Source of the DNA: Omnitrophica bacterium GWA2_41_15
GTDB taxonomy: Bacteria > Omnitrophota > Gorgyraeia > Gygaellales > UBA12090
Assembly: GCA_919902675.1 (NCBI GenBank)
Contig: CAKKRH010000001.1
Location: 128,003 to 192,002, forward strand
DNA: 64,000 nucleotides
Reading direction: 5' to 3'
Shown: positions 8,896 through 17,151 of the stretch, piece after piece
Layout: each line of letters starts with the position of its first letter
How positions within the stretch are numbered: the first letter of the stretch is position 1
Program-made: the position numbers and the translations under genes
The notes under the pieces: model-generated
The model's input: the letters and a program-made list of their open reading frames with translations, nothing else
What the model was told of the DNA's origin: nothing
The model's database searches: none

Positions 8896-9840
8896 ATGGC
8901 ACATATTATTAAACAAGACATAATTGAGAAAAAGATATTCTTGATTAGAGGCCTCAATATAATGCTGGATAGGGATCTCGCTGAACTTTATGGGGTGTCT
9001 ACAAAACGATTAGTTGAACAAGTGAAGAGGAATATAAAACGTTTTCCAGCGGATTTTATGTTTCAATTAACAAAGGAAGAATTTAAAAACTTGAGATTTC
9101 ATTTTGGAATATCCATCTTGAGGTCGCAAAATGCGACCTCAAGATGGGGCGGCCGCCGTTATTTACCATATGTCTTTACAGAACAGGGAGTTGCGATGCT
9201 CTCTAGTGTTCTTAATAGCGAAAGAGCTATTTTGGTAAATATCGGCATAATGCGGATATTTGTTAATATACGAAAATTAGTTTCTACAAATAAAGGAATA
9301 CTTAACAAATTGAATCAATTGGAAAATAAGGTTCAATCACACGATAAGAAGATAAGGACAATTTTTGAAGTTATCCACAAGCCGATAGATGTAAAATTGT
9401 TATCTCCGGGAAAGCCATTTTCAAATAAAAAAGCGATTAGGGATATTATCAGTTCTTGCGAAAAGTATATTTACTGGGTAGATAAATATTTTTCAAGAGC
9501 GGGGTTAGATTGGTTATCAGAGTCACTTAATGCCGGCAAAGTAAAAGAGATAAGAATTCTAATGTCCTCAGAGAAAGCGGATACGAAATTCCTATCCTTA
9601 TATAAAGATTTAAAGGAAGAACTCAAAAACGATGGGATGAAGTGTGAATTGCGGGTTATATCCGATAATAAATTGAATGCTGATATCCACGACAGATGGA
9701 TTATCTCTGAGAATTTATGCTACAATATGCCATCAACTGATACCATTGCCAGAGGACAATATAGTGAAGTAAAAAGAACAGCGAATCTTCCTCCATTTGA
9801 TGAATGGTGGGAGAAAAGCAAGTGGCCGGTGACGTTGTAG
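8896..9840 (+). CDS. ORF6N (KilA-N-like) DNA-binding domain protein with a C-terminal PLD-like (IHDRWII) domain
   Basis: N-terminal IMLDRDLAELYGVSTKRLVEQVKRNIKRFPADFMFQLTKEE...GGRRYLPYVFTEQGVAMLSSVLNS is the ORF6N signature. The C-terminal domain assignment is tentative. Confidence 0.7.
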   Translation: MAHIIKQDIIEKKIFLIRGLNIMLDRDLAELYGVSTKRLVEQVKRNIKRFPADFMFQLTKEEFKNLRFHFGISILRSQNATSRWGGRRYLPYVFTEQGVAMLSSVLNSERAILVNIGIMRIFVNIRKLVSTNKGILNKLNQLENKVQSHDKKIRTIFEVIHKPIDVKLLSPGKPFSNKKAIRDIISSCEKYIYWVDKYFSRAGLDWLSESLNAGKVKEIRILMSSEKADTKFLSLYKDLKEELKNDGMKCELRVISDNKLNADIHDRWIISENLCYNMPSTDTIARGQYSEVKRTANLPPFDEWWEKSKWPVTL

Positions 9841-10040
9841 GCAACTTGTAAGTAAAGTTTACAGGTTCAAGCAAAACGAGGTCTCTGGTATATACGCCAG
9901 TTTTACCTTGAATACAAAAACGACGCAATTCTCCAACAGCTTGCTGGAGAATTACTCTGGGGGGCGGTAAATTCAATTAGAAAAATCTTAAAATCTGTGC
10001 TAAAATAACTTTTTTAAACAGCCTACCCGCAAGACGTGTA

Positions 10041-10069
10041 TTGCTGGGTTAAATTGCTTCTTATATAAT
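10041..10069 (+). promoter_or_regulatory. Sigma70-like promoter upstream of tRNA-Thr
   Basis: TTGCTG (10041-10046), 17-nt spacer, TATAAT (10064-10069). Confidence 0.5.
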
Positions 10070-10083
10070 GTTTTTAAGATATT

Positions 10084-10156
10084 GCCGGCGTAGCTCAGTT
10101 GGCAGAGCAACGGTTTCGTAAACCGTGGGCCGTGGGTTCGATTCCCCCCGCCGGCT
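10084..10156 (+). tRNA. tRNA-Thr (CGT)
   Basis: Acceptor GCCGGCG/CGCCGGC, D arm GCTC-AGTTGGCA-GAGC, anticodon arm ACGGT-TTCGTAA-ACCGT, T loop TTCGATT. Confidence 0.88.
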
Positions 10157-10173
10157 GTTTTAGTTTTGTGTAA

Positions 10174-10193
10174 GGGTCAGCGTAAGCTGACCC
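10174..10193 (+). repeat. Dispersed palindromic hairpin GGGTCAGC-GTAA-GCTGACCC (copy 1 of 3)
   Basis: Perfect 8-bp stem with a GTAA (GNRA-type) loop, 32 nt upstream of the MFS gene start. Related copies at 33010-33027 and 36629-36650. Confidence 0.7.
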
Positions 10194-10224
10194 GATATGT
10201 TGCCTTACGGCAACCGCTACAAAG

Positions 10225-11520
10225 ATGGCTCGTTTCCGAGAGGTTTTAAAAAATAAGAATTTTCTTCTTTTGTGGCTGAGCCAGATAATTTCCCAGTTTG
10301 GTGATAGGCTCAACCAGATGGCTCTGATCGGCTTTATCGCCCAGCGCTCACCCGGCAAAACCCTGCAATTAGCCAGCTTGCTGGCTTTTACCATACTGCC
10401 GGTATTCGTGGTGGGGCCGATTGCCGGGGTTTATGTGGACCGCTGGGACCGGCGCAAGACAATGTATTGCTGCGATTTCCTGCGCGGGCTTCTGGTTTTG
10501 CTCATCCCTTTGTATATAATTGATTCTCATAAATCTATTGTGCCGCTTTACGCGGTGGTGTTTTTGCTTTTTTGTATCGGCCGGTTTTTTGTTCCGGCTA
10601 AACTGGCCATTGTGCCGGAGCTTGTTCCTAAGGAGCAGATGCTGATGGCGAATTCTTTGGTGAATACTACCGGTATGATTGCCTCAACCGCGGGATTTGC
10701 CATCGGCGGGATAGTGGTAACCGTATTGGGGGCAAAGGGAGGTTTTTATATAGATTCGGCAAGTTTTTTTGTTTCCAGCTTCCTGGTATTCTTTATTCGT
10801 TTGGCCGGCAGGCAGAGAGTCAAGATTATGGAAGTGGGGAAAGAGGTGCTGGAGGCAATCAGGAAATCATCGGTGTTAGTTGAGGTTAAGGAAGGGATAA
10901 GATATCTGCTTGGCCAGAAGCAAATGCGGGGAGTGATTGCCGTTCTTTTTTTGATTTGGGCGGCCCTGGGAGCGATGTATGTGGTGGTGATTGTTTTTGT
11001 TCAGCAGACCCTGAAATCCCTGACTTTGGATTTAGGCTTATTAGCGATGTTCTTGGGAATGGGGCTCTTTTTGGGTTCAATTATATACGGCCGTTTTGGT
11101 AAGAGCGCGAATTGTTTTAAAACTATATTTTCTTCATTAATCTCCAGCGGCCTGGCCCTGGCGGGATTCGCCTTTGTCTTAAACCGCTATCCATTTTTCT
11201 ATACCGCGGCTATTTTAGCCGTTGTTTTTGGTTTGGCCGTGGGGCCGATAATGACCGCGGCCAATACCCTGATTCACGATGTTTCTTCCGGAGCCATGCT
11301 GGGAAAGGTCTTTAGCTCGGTTGAGGTGGTGATGCATCTGGCTTTTTTATTGTTTATGTTTATCGGTTCGGCTTTGGCCGAGATAAAGTCTATAGGACAA
11401 GGAGGGTTATTGATCGGGGTGGGGGTATTATTCTCCCTGATTGGCACCACGGGATACTTAAGGCAGAGATTCTCTGTTAATTCTAAAGGTAGTTCAAAGA
11501 CCGAATATGTTAAAACTTAA
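10225..11520 (+). CDS. MFS transporter
   Basis: 431-aa polytopic membrane protein with about 12 hydrophobic segments and a GVYVDRWDRRK loop motif typical of MFS_1 members. Confidence 0.8.
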   Translation: MARFREVLKNKNFLLLWLSQIISQFGDRLNQMALIGFIAQRSPGKTLQLASLLAFTILPVFVVGPIAGVYVDRWDRRKTMYCCDFLRGLLVLLIPLYIIDSHKSIVPLYAVVFLLFCIGRFFVPAKLAIVPELVPKEQMLMANSLVNTTGMIASTAGFAIGGIVVTVLGAKGGFYIDSASFFVSSFLVFFIRLAGRQRVKIMEVGKEVLEAIRKSSVLVEVKEGIRYLLGQKQMRGVIAVLFLIWAALGAMYVVVIVFVQQTLKSLTLDLGLLAMFLGMGLFLGSIIYGRFGKSANCFKTIFSSLISSGLALAGFAFVLNRYPFFYTAAILAVVFGLAVGPIMTAANTLIHDVSSGAMLGKVFSSVEVVMHLAFLLFMFIGSALAEIKSIGQGGLLIGVGVLFSLIGTTGYLRQRFSVNSKGSSKTEYVKT

Positions 11521-12787
11521 AGACAAAAAAGAACTTACCGCTGATTTGGCAATTCGTCAGGCCAGGCTTGCGATGAAGGCAATAATTCCCTTATCCCAGC
11601 ATATCGGCAAGGCGGCTAATCCAATAGTAAAAATAGGGGATCTGGTAAAAACCGGACAGCTTATCGCGGATTCGGCAGGGGGGTCGGTTTCGGCCCCGGT
11701 GCACAGCTCAATATCGGGAAAGATTTTGGCTATTGATGATTTAGCCCATCCGGTGTTAGGACGGGGGAGGGCAGTGGTAATTGCTTCAGACGGCTTAGAC
11801 CAGAAAGATGAATTTAAACCGATAGCCTCAGTTGAGACAGCAGAGCGCCTGAGCCCGGAGGATACCCGTAAAGCAGTTTTGACCGCCGGGATTGTGGGAA
11901 TGGGAGGGGCGGGTTTTCCCAGCCATATAAAGTTAAATCCGCCCAAGCCCATAGACAGCTTCATTCTTAACGGAGCGGAATGTGAACCGTATCTAACTTC
12001 GGATAACCGCCTGATGATTGAGAGGACGGATGAGATCATCCAGGGTATCGGTTTAGCGGCGCGATGTGTGGGGGCAAAGAATGTGTATATTGCTATTGAG
12101 GATAATAAGCCTGAGGCTGTCAAGGCCTTTAGCCGTAAATTAGCGGGAACAGGATATAGATTAAAGGTTCTCAAGTCAAGGTATCCCCAGGGCGGAGAAA
12201 AACAGTTGATTAAGGCGGTGCTGGGCCGGGAGGTTCCTGTGGGAAAACTTCCCTTTGATGTGGGCGCGGTGGTGAATAACGCGGCCACTATTTACGCGAT
12301 ATATGAGGCGGTGTATTCAGGTAAGCCGTTATATGAAAGGGTGATAACGGTTGCCGGGGATTGTTTGGAGAAGCCGGCCAATCTTCTGGCGCGTATCGGG
12401 ACGACTATCCGGGATTTGATCGGTGAGTGCGGGCCGTTAAAAGAAGAGCCCAAGAAAATAGTATTTGGCGGGCCGATGATGGGCATTGCCCAATACAGCC
12501 TGGATACGCCGATAATCAAGACTACCTCAGGTGTGATATTTTTAACCGAAAGCGAAGTCAAGCCGGCTGAGGATGCCTTTTGTCTGCGCTGCGGCAGGTG
12601 CGTGGAGAATTGTTCTTTAGGACTTGAACCTTGTATGATATCTCTGGCGGTAGAGAAAGAGAAGTGGGACCTGGCCAAAAGCTATGGGGCCCTGGAGTGC
12701 ATGGAGTGCGGCTCTTGCAGTTATGTCTGTCCCCAGGGAAGGAATATTGTGCAATCAATAAAATATGCTAAAATTAAATTAAAATGA
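11507..12787 (+). CDS. rnfC: Rnf electron transport complex subunit C
   Basis: GMGGAGFPSHIKL NADH/FMN-site motif and two 4Fe-4S motifs (CLRCGRCVENC, CMECGSCSYVCP). Confidence 0.9.
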   Translation: MLKLKDKKELTADLAIRQARLAMKAIIPLSQHIGKAANPIVKIGDLVKTGQLIADSAGGSVSAPVHSSISGKILAIDDLAHPVLGRGRAVVIASDGLDQKDEFKPIASVETAERLSPEDTRKAVLTAGIVGMGGAGFPSHIKLNPPKPIDSFILNGAECEPYLTSDNRLMIERTDEIIQGIGLAARCVGAKNVYIAIEDNKPEAVKAFSRKLAGTGYRLKVLKSRYPQGGEKQLIKAVLGREVPVGKLPFDVGAVVNNAATIYAIYEAVYSGKPLYERVITVAGDCLEKPANLLARIGTTIRDLIGECGPLKEEPKKIVFGGPMMGIAQYSLDTPIIKTTSGVIFLTESEVKPAEDAFCLRCGRCVENCSLGLEPCMISLAVEKEKWDLAKSYGALECMECGSCSYVCPQGRNIVQSIKYAKIKLK

Positions 12788-13320
12788 GGGAAACATTTAA
12801 ATACGCTCTGATTCTGGGTTTGATTTGCTTCTTGTCCAGTTCGGTCCTGGCGGTGATTAATTCGGTTACCGAGCCGATAATAAAGGCTCAGAAAGAAGAG
12901 CAGGAAACCCAGGCCTTAAAAGAGCTGCTGCCGCAAGCCGCTATGTTTAAACCGTATTATGAAGAGGATAAGGTGCTTTTTTACCGCGGCTATGACAGTA
13001 ATAATCGTCTTGGGGGATTTGTGCTTAAGTCTATGCAGAAGGGTTATTCTTCGGATATTGAGATTTTGATAAGCTTAGACCTCGCCTTAAGGATAGTCAG
13101 CGTCAAGATTTTATCCCAGAATGAAACCCCTTCCATAGGAAGCCGCATACTGGAGTTACCTTTTCTGGAGCAGTTTAGAAATAAGGCCCAGGAGTCTTTA
13201 GGAGAGGTGAACGCCATCAGCGCGGCGACCATTTCTTCCACCGCGGTGATTAATTCCGTAAAGAGTAAGATTTCACAACTTCAAAATACATTACTTGAGG
13301 AGTTAAAAAATGGAGGATAA
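12784..13320 (+). CDS. rnfG: Rnf complex subunit G (FMN-binding)
   Basis: N-terminal TM helix; FMN_bind-type motif ISAATISSTAV near the C-terminus; about 178 aa. Confidence 0.8.
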   Translation: MRETFKYALILGLICFLSSSVLAVINSVTEPIIKAQKEEQETQALKELLPQAAMFKPYYEEDKVLFYRGYDSNNRLGGFVLKSMQKGYSSDIEILISLDLALRIVSVKILSQNETPSIGSRILELPFLEQFRNKAQESLGEVNAISAATISSTAVINSVKSKISQLQNTLLEELKNGG

Positions 13321-14272
13321 GCTTTATGTCGGGGTTTCCCCGCATATTCACAGCCGGGAAAGCGTTTCTAGGGTAATGTGGGCGGTCTGCGTTGCCCTTA
13401 TTCCTTCAGGCTTGGCCGGGGTATTTATCTTTGGCCTCCCGGCTTTAAAGGTTACCCTGATTTCCATAGTAAGTTGTGTCTTTACCGAGGCCCTAATTCA
13501 GAAATCCCGGGGTAAGAAAATAACCGCGGGCGATGGCTCAGCTGTGCTCACCGGGATTTTGCTGGCCTATAACCTTTCCTCAAGCGTTCCCTTTTGGATC
13601 CCTTTGATAGGGGGAGTTTTTGCTATTGCCGTATGTAAACAGGCCTTTGGCGGGTTAGGGGCAAATATTTTTAATCCGGCCCTGGCTGCCCGGGCCTTTT
13701 TACTGGCCTCCTGGCCAAAGCAGATGACCGGGTTTGTCAAACCGTTTAGCTTAGACGCAATCAGTTCAGCCACTCCATTGGCGGTATTGAAAGAACAGAG
13801 TGCTAAAAGTTTATCTGACCTTGGGCTGTCTTACTGGGATTTATTTTTTGGCCGGCGGGGAGGATGCTTAGGAGAGGTCTGCGTTATCGCCTTACTCTTA
13901 GGAGCGGTATATCTTTTATGGAAAGGCTATATCTGGCCTCAGGCTCCGGTGGGGCTTATTTTATCTTTAGGGTTTTTAAGCTGGGTCTTTAGCCCGCGGG
14001 GATTTTTTAAAGGCGATTTTCTCTTCAGCATACTTTCCGGCGGGCTTATCCTGGGGGCGTTTTTTATGGCCACGGATTATGTAACTACTCCCTTGACCAA
14101 AAAGGGCCAATTGGTCTTTGGCCTAGGATGCGGGCTGATCGCCTTTGTTATCCGCAGGTTCGGGGGATATCCCGAGGGGGTATCCTATTCAATCCTGATG
14201 ATGAACGCGGCTGTGCCGTTGATTGATAGATGGGTCAGGCCGAAGAGATACGGAAATAAAGTTGAAAGTTAA
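13310..14272 (+). CDS. rnfD: Rnf complex subunit D
   Basis: VGVSPHIHS N-terminus, polytopic, SSATPL motif, 320 aa, typical RnfD/NqrB family. Confidence 0.88.
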   Translation: MEDKLYVGVSPHIHSRESVSRVMWAVCVALIPSGLAGVFIFGLPALKVTLISIVSCVFTEALIQKSRGKKITAGDGSAVLTGILLAYNLSSSVPFWIPLIGGVFAIAVCKQAFGGLGANIFNPALAARAFLLASWPKQMTGFVKPFSLDAISSATPLAVLKEQSAKSLSDLGLSYWDLFFGRRGGCLGEVCVIALLLGAVYLLWKGYIWPQAPVGLILSLGFLSWVFSPRGFFKGDFLFSILSGGLILGAFFMATDYVTTPLTKKGQLVFGLGCGLIAFVIRRFGGYPEGVSYSILMMNAAVPLIDRWVRPKRYGNKVES

Positions 14273-14368
14273 AAGTAAAAAGTAAAAATTAAAAATTACA
14301 ACGCAAAAATTTAAGATATTTCTTAAGTTTTGAATTGCAGTTTTGACTTTTGACTTTTTAATTTTGAG
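14265..14368 (+). repeat. Heptamer-periodic inverted arrays forming an AT-rich hairpin in the rnfD-rnfE spacer
   Basis: Left arm AAAGTTA AAAGTAA AAAGTAA AAATTAA AAATTAC (14265-14299). Right arm TTTTGAC TTTTGAC TTTTTAA TTTTGAG (14341-14368). The arms are roughly complementary. Confidence 0.7.
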
Positions 14369-14374
14369 TTAATT

Positions 14375-15010
14375 ATGAAGCGTCTTATTAAAGAGTTCAC
14401 GAAAGGTATCATAGTAGAGAATCCTACGTTTGGGCTGGTGCTGGGGTTATGTCCGACCTTGGCGATTTCTATCTCGGTCCGCAATGCCTTGGGTATGGGG
14501 TTGGCCGCTACCTTTGTTTTGGTCTGTTCTAATGTAATAATTTCTTTGGTGCGCAAAGTTATCCCAGACCAAATCCGCATTCCTTGTTTTATCGTGATTA
14601 TTGCTACTTTTGTAACTATTGTGGAGATGTTGATGAAGGCTTATTTTCCGGCTCTGAATGTTTCTTTAGGTATTTTTGTGCCTTTGATTGTGGTTAATTG
14701 CATCGTCTTGGGCCGGGCTGAGGCCTTTGCCTGTAAAAGTCCGGTTCTGCCTTCTCTCTTTGACGGACTTGGGATGGGGATAGGCTTTACCCTGGCTTTG
14801 GTTATTATCGCCTCAATAAGAGAGGTTCTGGGCGCGGGTAAATTTTTAGGTTTTCATTTAATTAAAGGTTTTGAGCCGATCAGAGTAATGGTCCTGGCCC
14901 CGGGAGCCTTATTGACTCTGGGGCTTTTAATCGGTCTGGTTAATTATTGGCATATCAGGAAAAAAACGAATAAAGAAATAAAGAAGGCAGGCTGTGATGG
15001 ATGCAGGTAA
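14375..15010 (+). CDS. rnfE: Rnf complex subunit E
   Basis: ENPTFGLVLGLCPTLA motif; RnfE/NqrD family; 211 aa. Confidence 0.88.
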   Translation: MKRLIKEFTKGIIVENPTFGLVLGLCPTLAISISVRNALGMGLAATFVLVCSNVIISLVRKVIPDQIRIPCFIVIIATFVTIVEMLMKAYFPALNVSLGIFVPLIVVNCIVLGRAEAFACKSPVLPSLFDGLGMGIGFTLALVIIASIREVLGAGKFLGFHLIKGFEPIRVMVLAPGALLTLGLLIGLVNYWHIRKKTNKEIKKAGCDGCR

Positions 15011-15605
15011 ATTTATAGCCATAATCATCTCCACGGTTTTTATCAATAATTTTATCCTTTCCCAGTTTCTGGGATTGTGTTCTTTTATCGGGGTCTCTAA
15101 GGAAACCAAGCCGGCAGTTTCCATGGGCCTGGCGGTTACTTTTGTAACCACAATGTCCAGCCTGATTACCTGGTTAGTTTACCGTTGGCTGTTATTTCCT
15201 TTCGGAATCACTTATTTGCGCACCATATCTTTTATTCTGATTATTGCCAGTTTTGTCCAGTTGGTGGAGATGGTGATTCGTAAGCTTTTCCCTCACCTTT
15301 ACCGGGCTTTTGGAATTTATCTGCCTTTGATTACGGTTAATTGCGCGGTGCTGGGGGTGGCGGTATTAAATTCCCAGGATTTCTTTGTTAACGGTCAGCC
15401 GGTGGCGGGAAGTTTCTGGCTTAGCCTGGCGCAAGGGTTTTTTGCCGGGATAGGTTATCTCTTGGCCATGCTTTTAATGTCGGGAATCCGGGAGCGCCTG
15501 GAGCTGATTGATCCGCCCAAGAGCCTAAGCGGAGTGCCTCTGGCTTTTATTATCGCCTCATTAATGAGCCTGGCGTTTATGGGATTCAGCGGATTTAAGT
15601 TTTAA
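14994..15605 (+). CDS. rnfA: Rnf complex subunit A
   Basis: INNFILSQFLGLCSFIGVS motif; RnfA/NqrE family; 203 aa. Confidence 0.88.
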   Translation: MMDAGKFIAIIISTVFINNFILSQFLGLCSFIGVSKETKPAVSMGLAVTFVTTMSSLITWLVYRWLLFPFGITYLRTISFILIIASFVQLVEMVIRKLFPHLYRAFGIYLPLITVNCAVLGVAVLNSQDFFVNGQPVAGSFWLSLAQGFFAGIGYLLAMLLMSGIRERLELIDPPKSLSGVPLAFIIASLMSLAFMGFSGFKF

Positions 15606-15728
15606 TGACAAAATTCAAAATCCAAAATAAATTTAAAACTTAAATGATAAATTTAAAAATAAAGGTTTTGTGTTTTGTTATTTGATATTTGGATTTATTT
15701 TGTCATTTGTGCTTTGACATTTGTCATT
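15606..15728 (+). repeat. Heptamer-periodic inverted arrays in the rnfA-rnfB spacer
   Basis: Left arm TGACAAA ATTCAAA ATCCAAA ATAAATT TAAAACT TAAATGA TAAATTT. Right arm TTTTGTG TTTTGTT ATTTGAT ATTTGGA TTTATTT TGTCATT TGTGCTT TGACATT TGTCATT. The arms are partly complementary. Confidence 0.7.
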
Positions 15729-15736
15729 AATATAAG

Positions 15737-16546
15737 ATGAATATTTTAATTCCAGTTTTAACCTTGAGCGGCCTGGGAATAGTTTTCGGGGCGGGGCTGG
15801 CTGTTGCCGCCAGGAAGCTCTGTGTCGCGGTTGACCCGCGTTTAGAGAAGATATACGCCAAGCTTCCCGGGGCGAATTGCGGGGCCTGCGGTATGCCGGG
15901 GTGTATGGGGCTGGCTGAGGCCCTTATCCAGGGAACCTGCACGGTAGAGCGCTGCGCGGTAATGCAGGATGAGGATCGGGCGGAGATAGCCGCTATCTTG
16001 GGGCTGGAGGCCAAGGCTAAGGTTAAGCTTGTGGCTGTGCTGCATTGTAACGGCGGCGCCAAAAGGGTAACGGATAAATTTATTTACACCGGCCCCAGGG
16101 ATTGCGTTTCGGCTAATTTAGCCGCGGGAGGGCCCAAGGCCTGTTTTTACGGCTGTATCGGCTATGGAACCTGCGCTGTGGCCTGCCCCTTTGGAGCGAT
16201 TATTATGAATCAGGAAGACCTGCCGGTAGTGGATGAAAATAAATGCACTGCCTGCGGGGCCTGCGTGGCGGCTTGTCCTAAGAAGCTCTTTAGCCTGGTT
16301 GCGGTAAGCAAGGCCTATGGCGTGCGCTGTAAATCACTGGATTTAGGCAAGAAGGTTTTAGATGTTTGTTCGGTGGGTTGTATTGCCTGCCGCAAATGCG
16401 AAAAGGCCTGCCCCACAGGAGCCATTAAGGTGATAAACAATCTGGCAGTGATTGACTATAATATCTGCGATAACCGGGGAGAGTGTTTTAAGGCCTGCCC
16501 CACCAGGACAATAGCCAGGAAGGAAGAGAAAATTTGGAAAACCTGA
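15737..16546 (+). CDS. rnfB: Rnf complex subunit B (polyferredoxin)
   Basis: N-terminal TM helix, GANCGACGMPGCMGLAEAL motif, several CxxCxxCxxxCP clusters. Confidence 0.88.
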   Translation: MNILIPVLTLSGLGIVFGAGLAVAARKLCVAVDPRLEKIYAKLPGANCGACGMPGCMGLAEALIQGTCTVERCAVMQDEDRAEIAAILGLEAKAKVKLVAVLHCNGGAKRVTDKFIYTGPRDCVSANLAAGGPKACFYGCIGYGTCAVACPFGAIIMNQEDLPVVDENKCTACGACVAACPKKLFSLVAVSKAYGVRCKSLDLGKKVLDVCSVGCIACRKCEKACPTGAIKVINNLAVIDYNICDNRGECFKACPTRTIARKEEKIWKT

Positions 16547-17151
16547 AGAATATCGCGGTTTTGGCCTCGGGTAATGGCTCAAACTTTCAAGCCATAGTTG
16601 AGGCGGTTAAGAGAGGAAAGATCAAGGCGCAGCTTAAACTTTTAGTTTCGGATAATCCTGAGGCCTATTGTTTACAAAGGGCGGCCAAGGCCAAGGTCAA
16701 AGCCTTTATCGCGGATAGGAGGGATTTTTCCGCTAAAGGAGATTTTGAAGAGCAGATTATCCTAAAACTCAAGTCAGAAAAAATAGGCTTAATAGTCCTG
16801 GCGGGATTTATGCGCCTGTTGAGCGCTGAATTTATCAGGAAATACCGGGGCAGGATTTTAAATATTCATCCTTCTCTGCTGCCGGCCTTTAAGGGCGCGC
16901 GAGCGATTAAAGACGCCTTTGATTATGGGGCTAAGGTGAGCGGGGTAACGGTGCATTTTGTGGATGAAGAGACAGACCACGGCCCGATAATCCTCCAGGA
17001 ACCGCTTAAGATTAAAACAGGGTGGGGCCTAAAGGAGTTAGAGAAGAATATTCATAGCTTAGAGCATAAAATATACCCGCGGGCAATCAGCTTATTTTTG
17101 AAAGGCCGCCTGCGCCTTGAGGGCAGGAAGGTAAGGATTTTAAAGCCGTAA
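16534..17151 (+). CDS. purN: Phosphoribosylglycinamide formyltransferase
   Basis: VLASGNGSNFQAI, NIHPSLLPAFKG and HFVDEETDHGPII motifs. Confidence 0.9.
   Translation: MENLKNIAVLASGNGSNFQAIVEAVKRGKIKAQLKLLVSDNPEAYCLQRAAKAKVKAFIADRRDFSAKGDFEEQIILKLKSEKIGLIVLAGFMRLLSAEFIRKYRGRILNIHPSLLPAFKGARAIKDAFDYGAKVSGVTVHFVDEETDHGPIILQEPLKIKTGWGLKELEKNIHSLEHKIYPRAISLFLKGRLRLEGRKVRILKP

Noticed and set aside
10095-10394. 99-aa minus-strand ORF
   Set aside because: It overlaps tRNA-Thr and the MFS gene start, and it translates the palindromic hairpin region.
11557-12288. 243-aa ORF on the minus strand inside rnfC
   Set aside because: It is antisense to a gene with unambiguous RnfC motifs. Its Ala/Pro/Ser-rich composition is typical of a shadow ORF, and it has no RBS or known motif.
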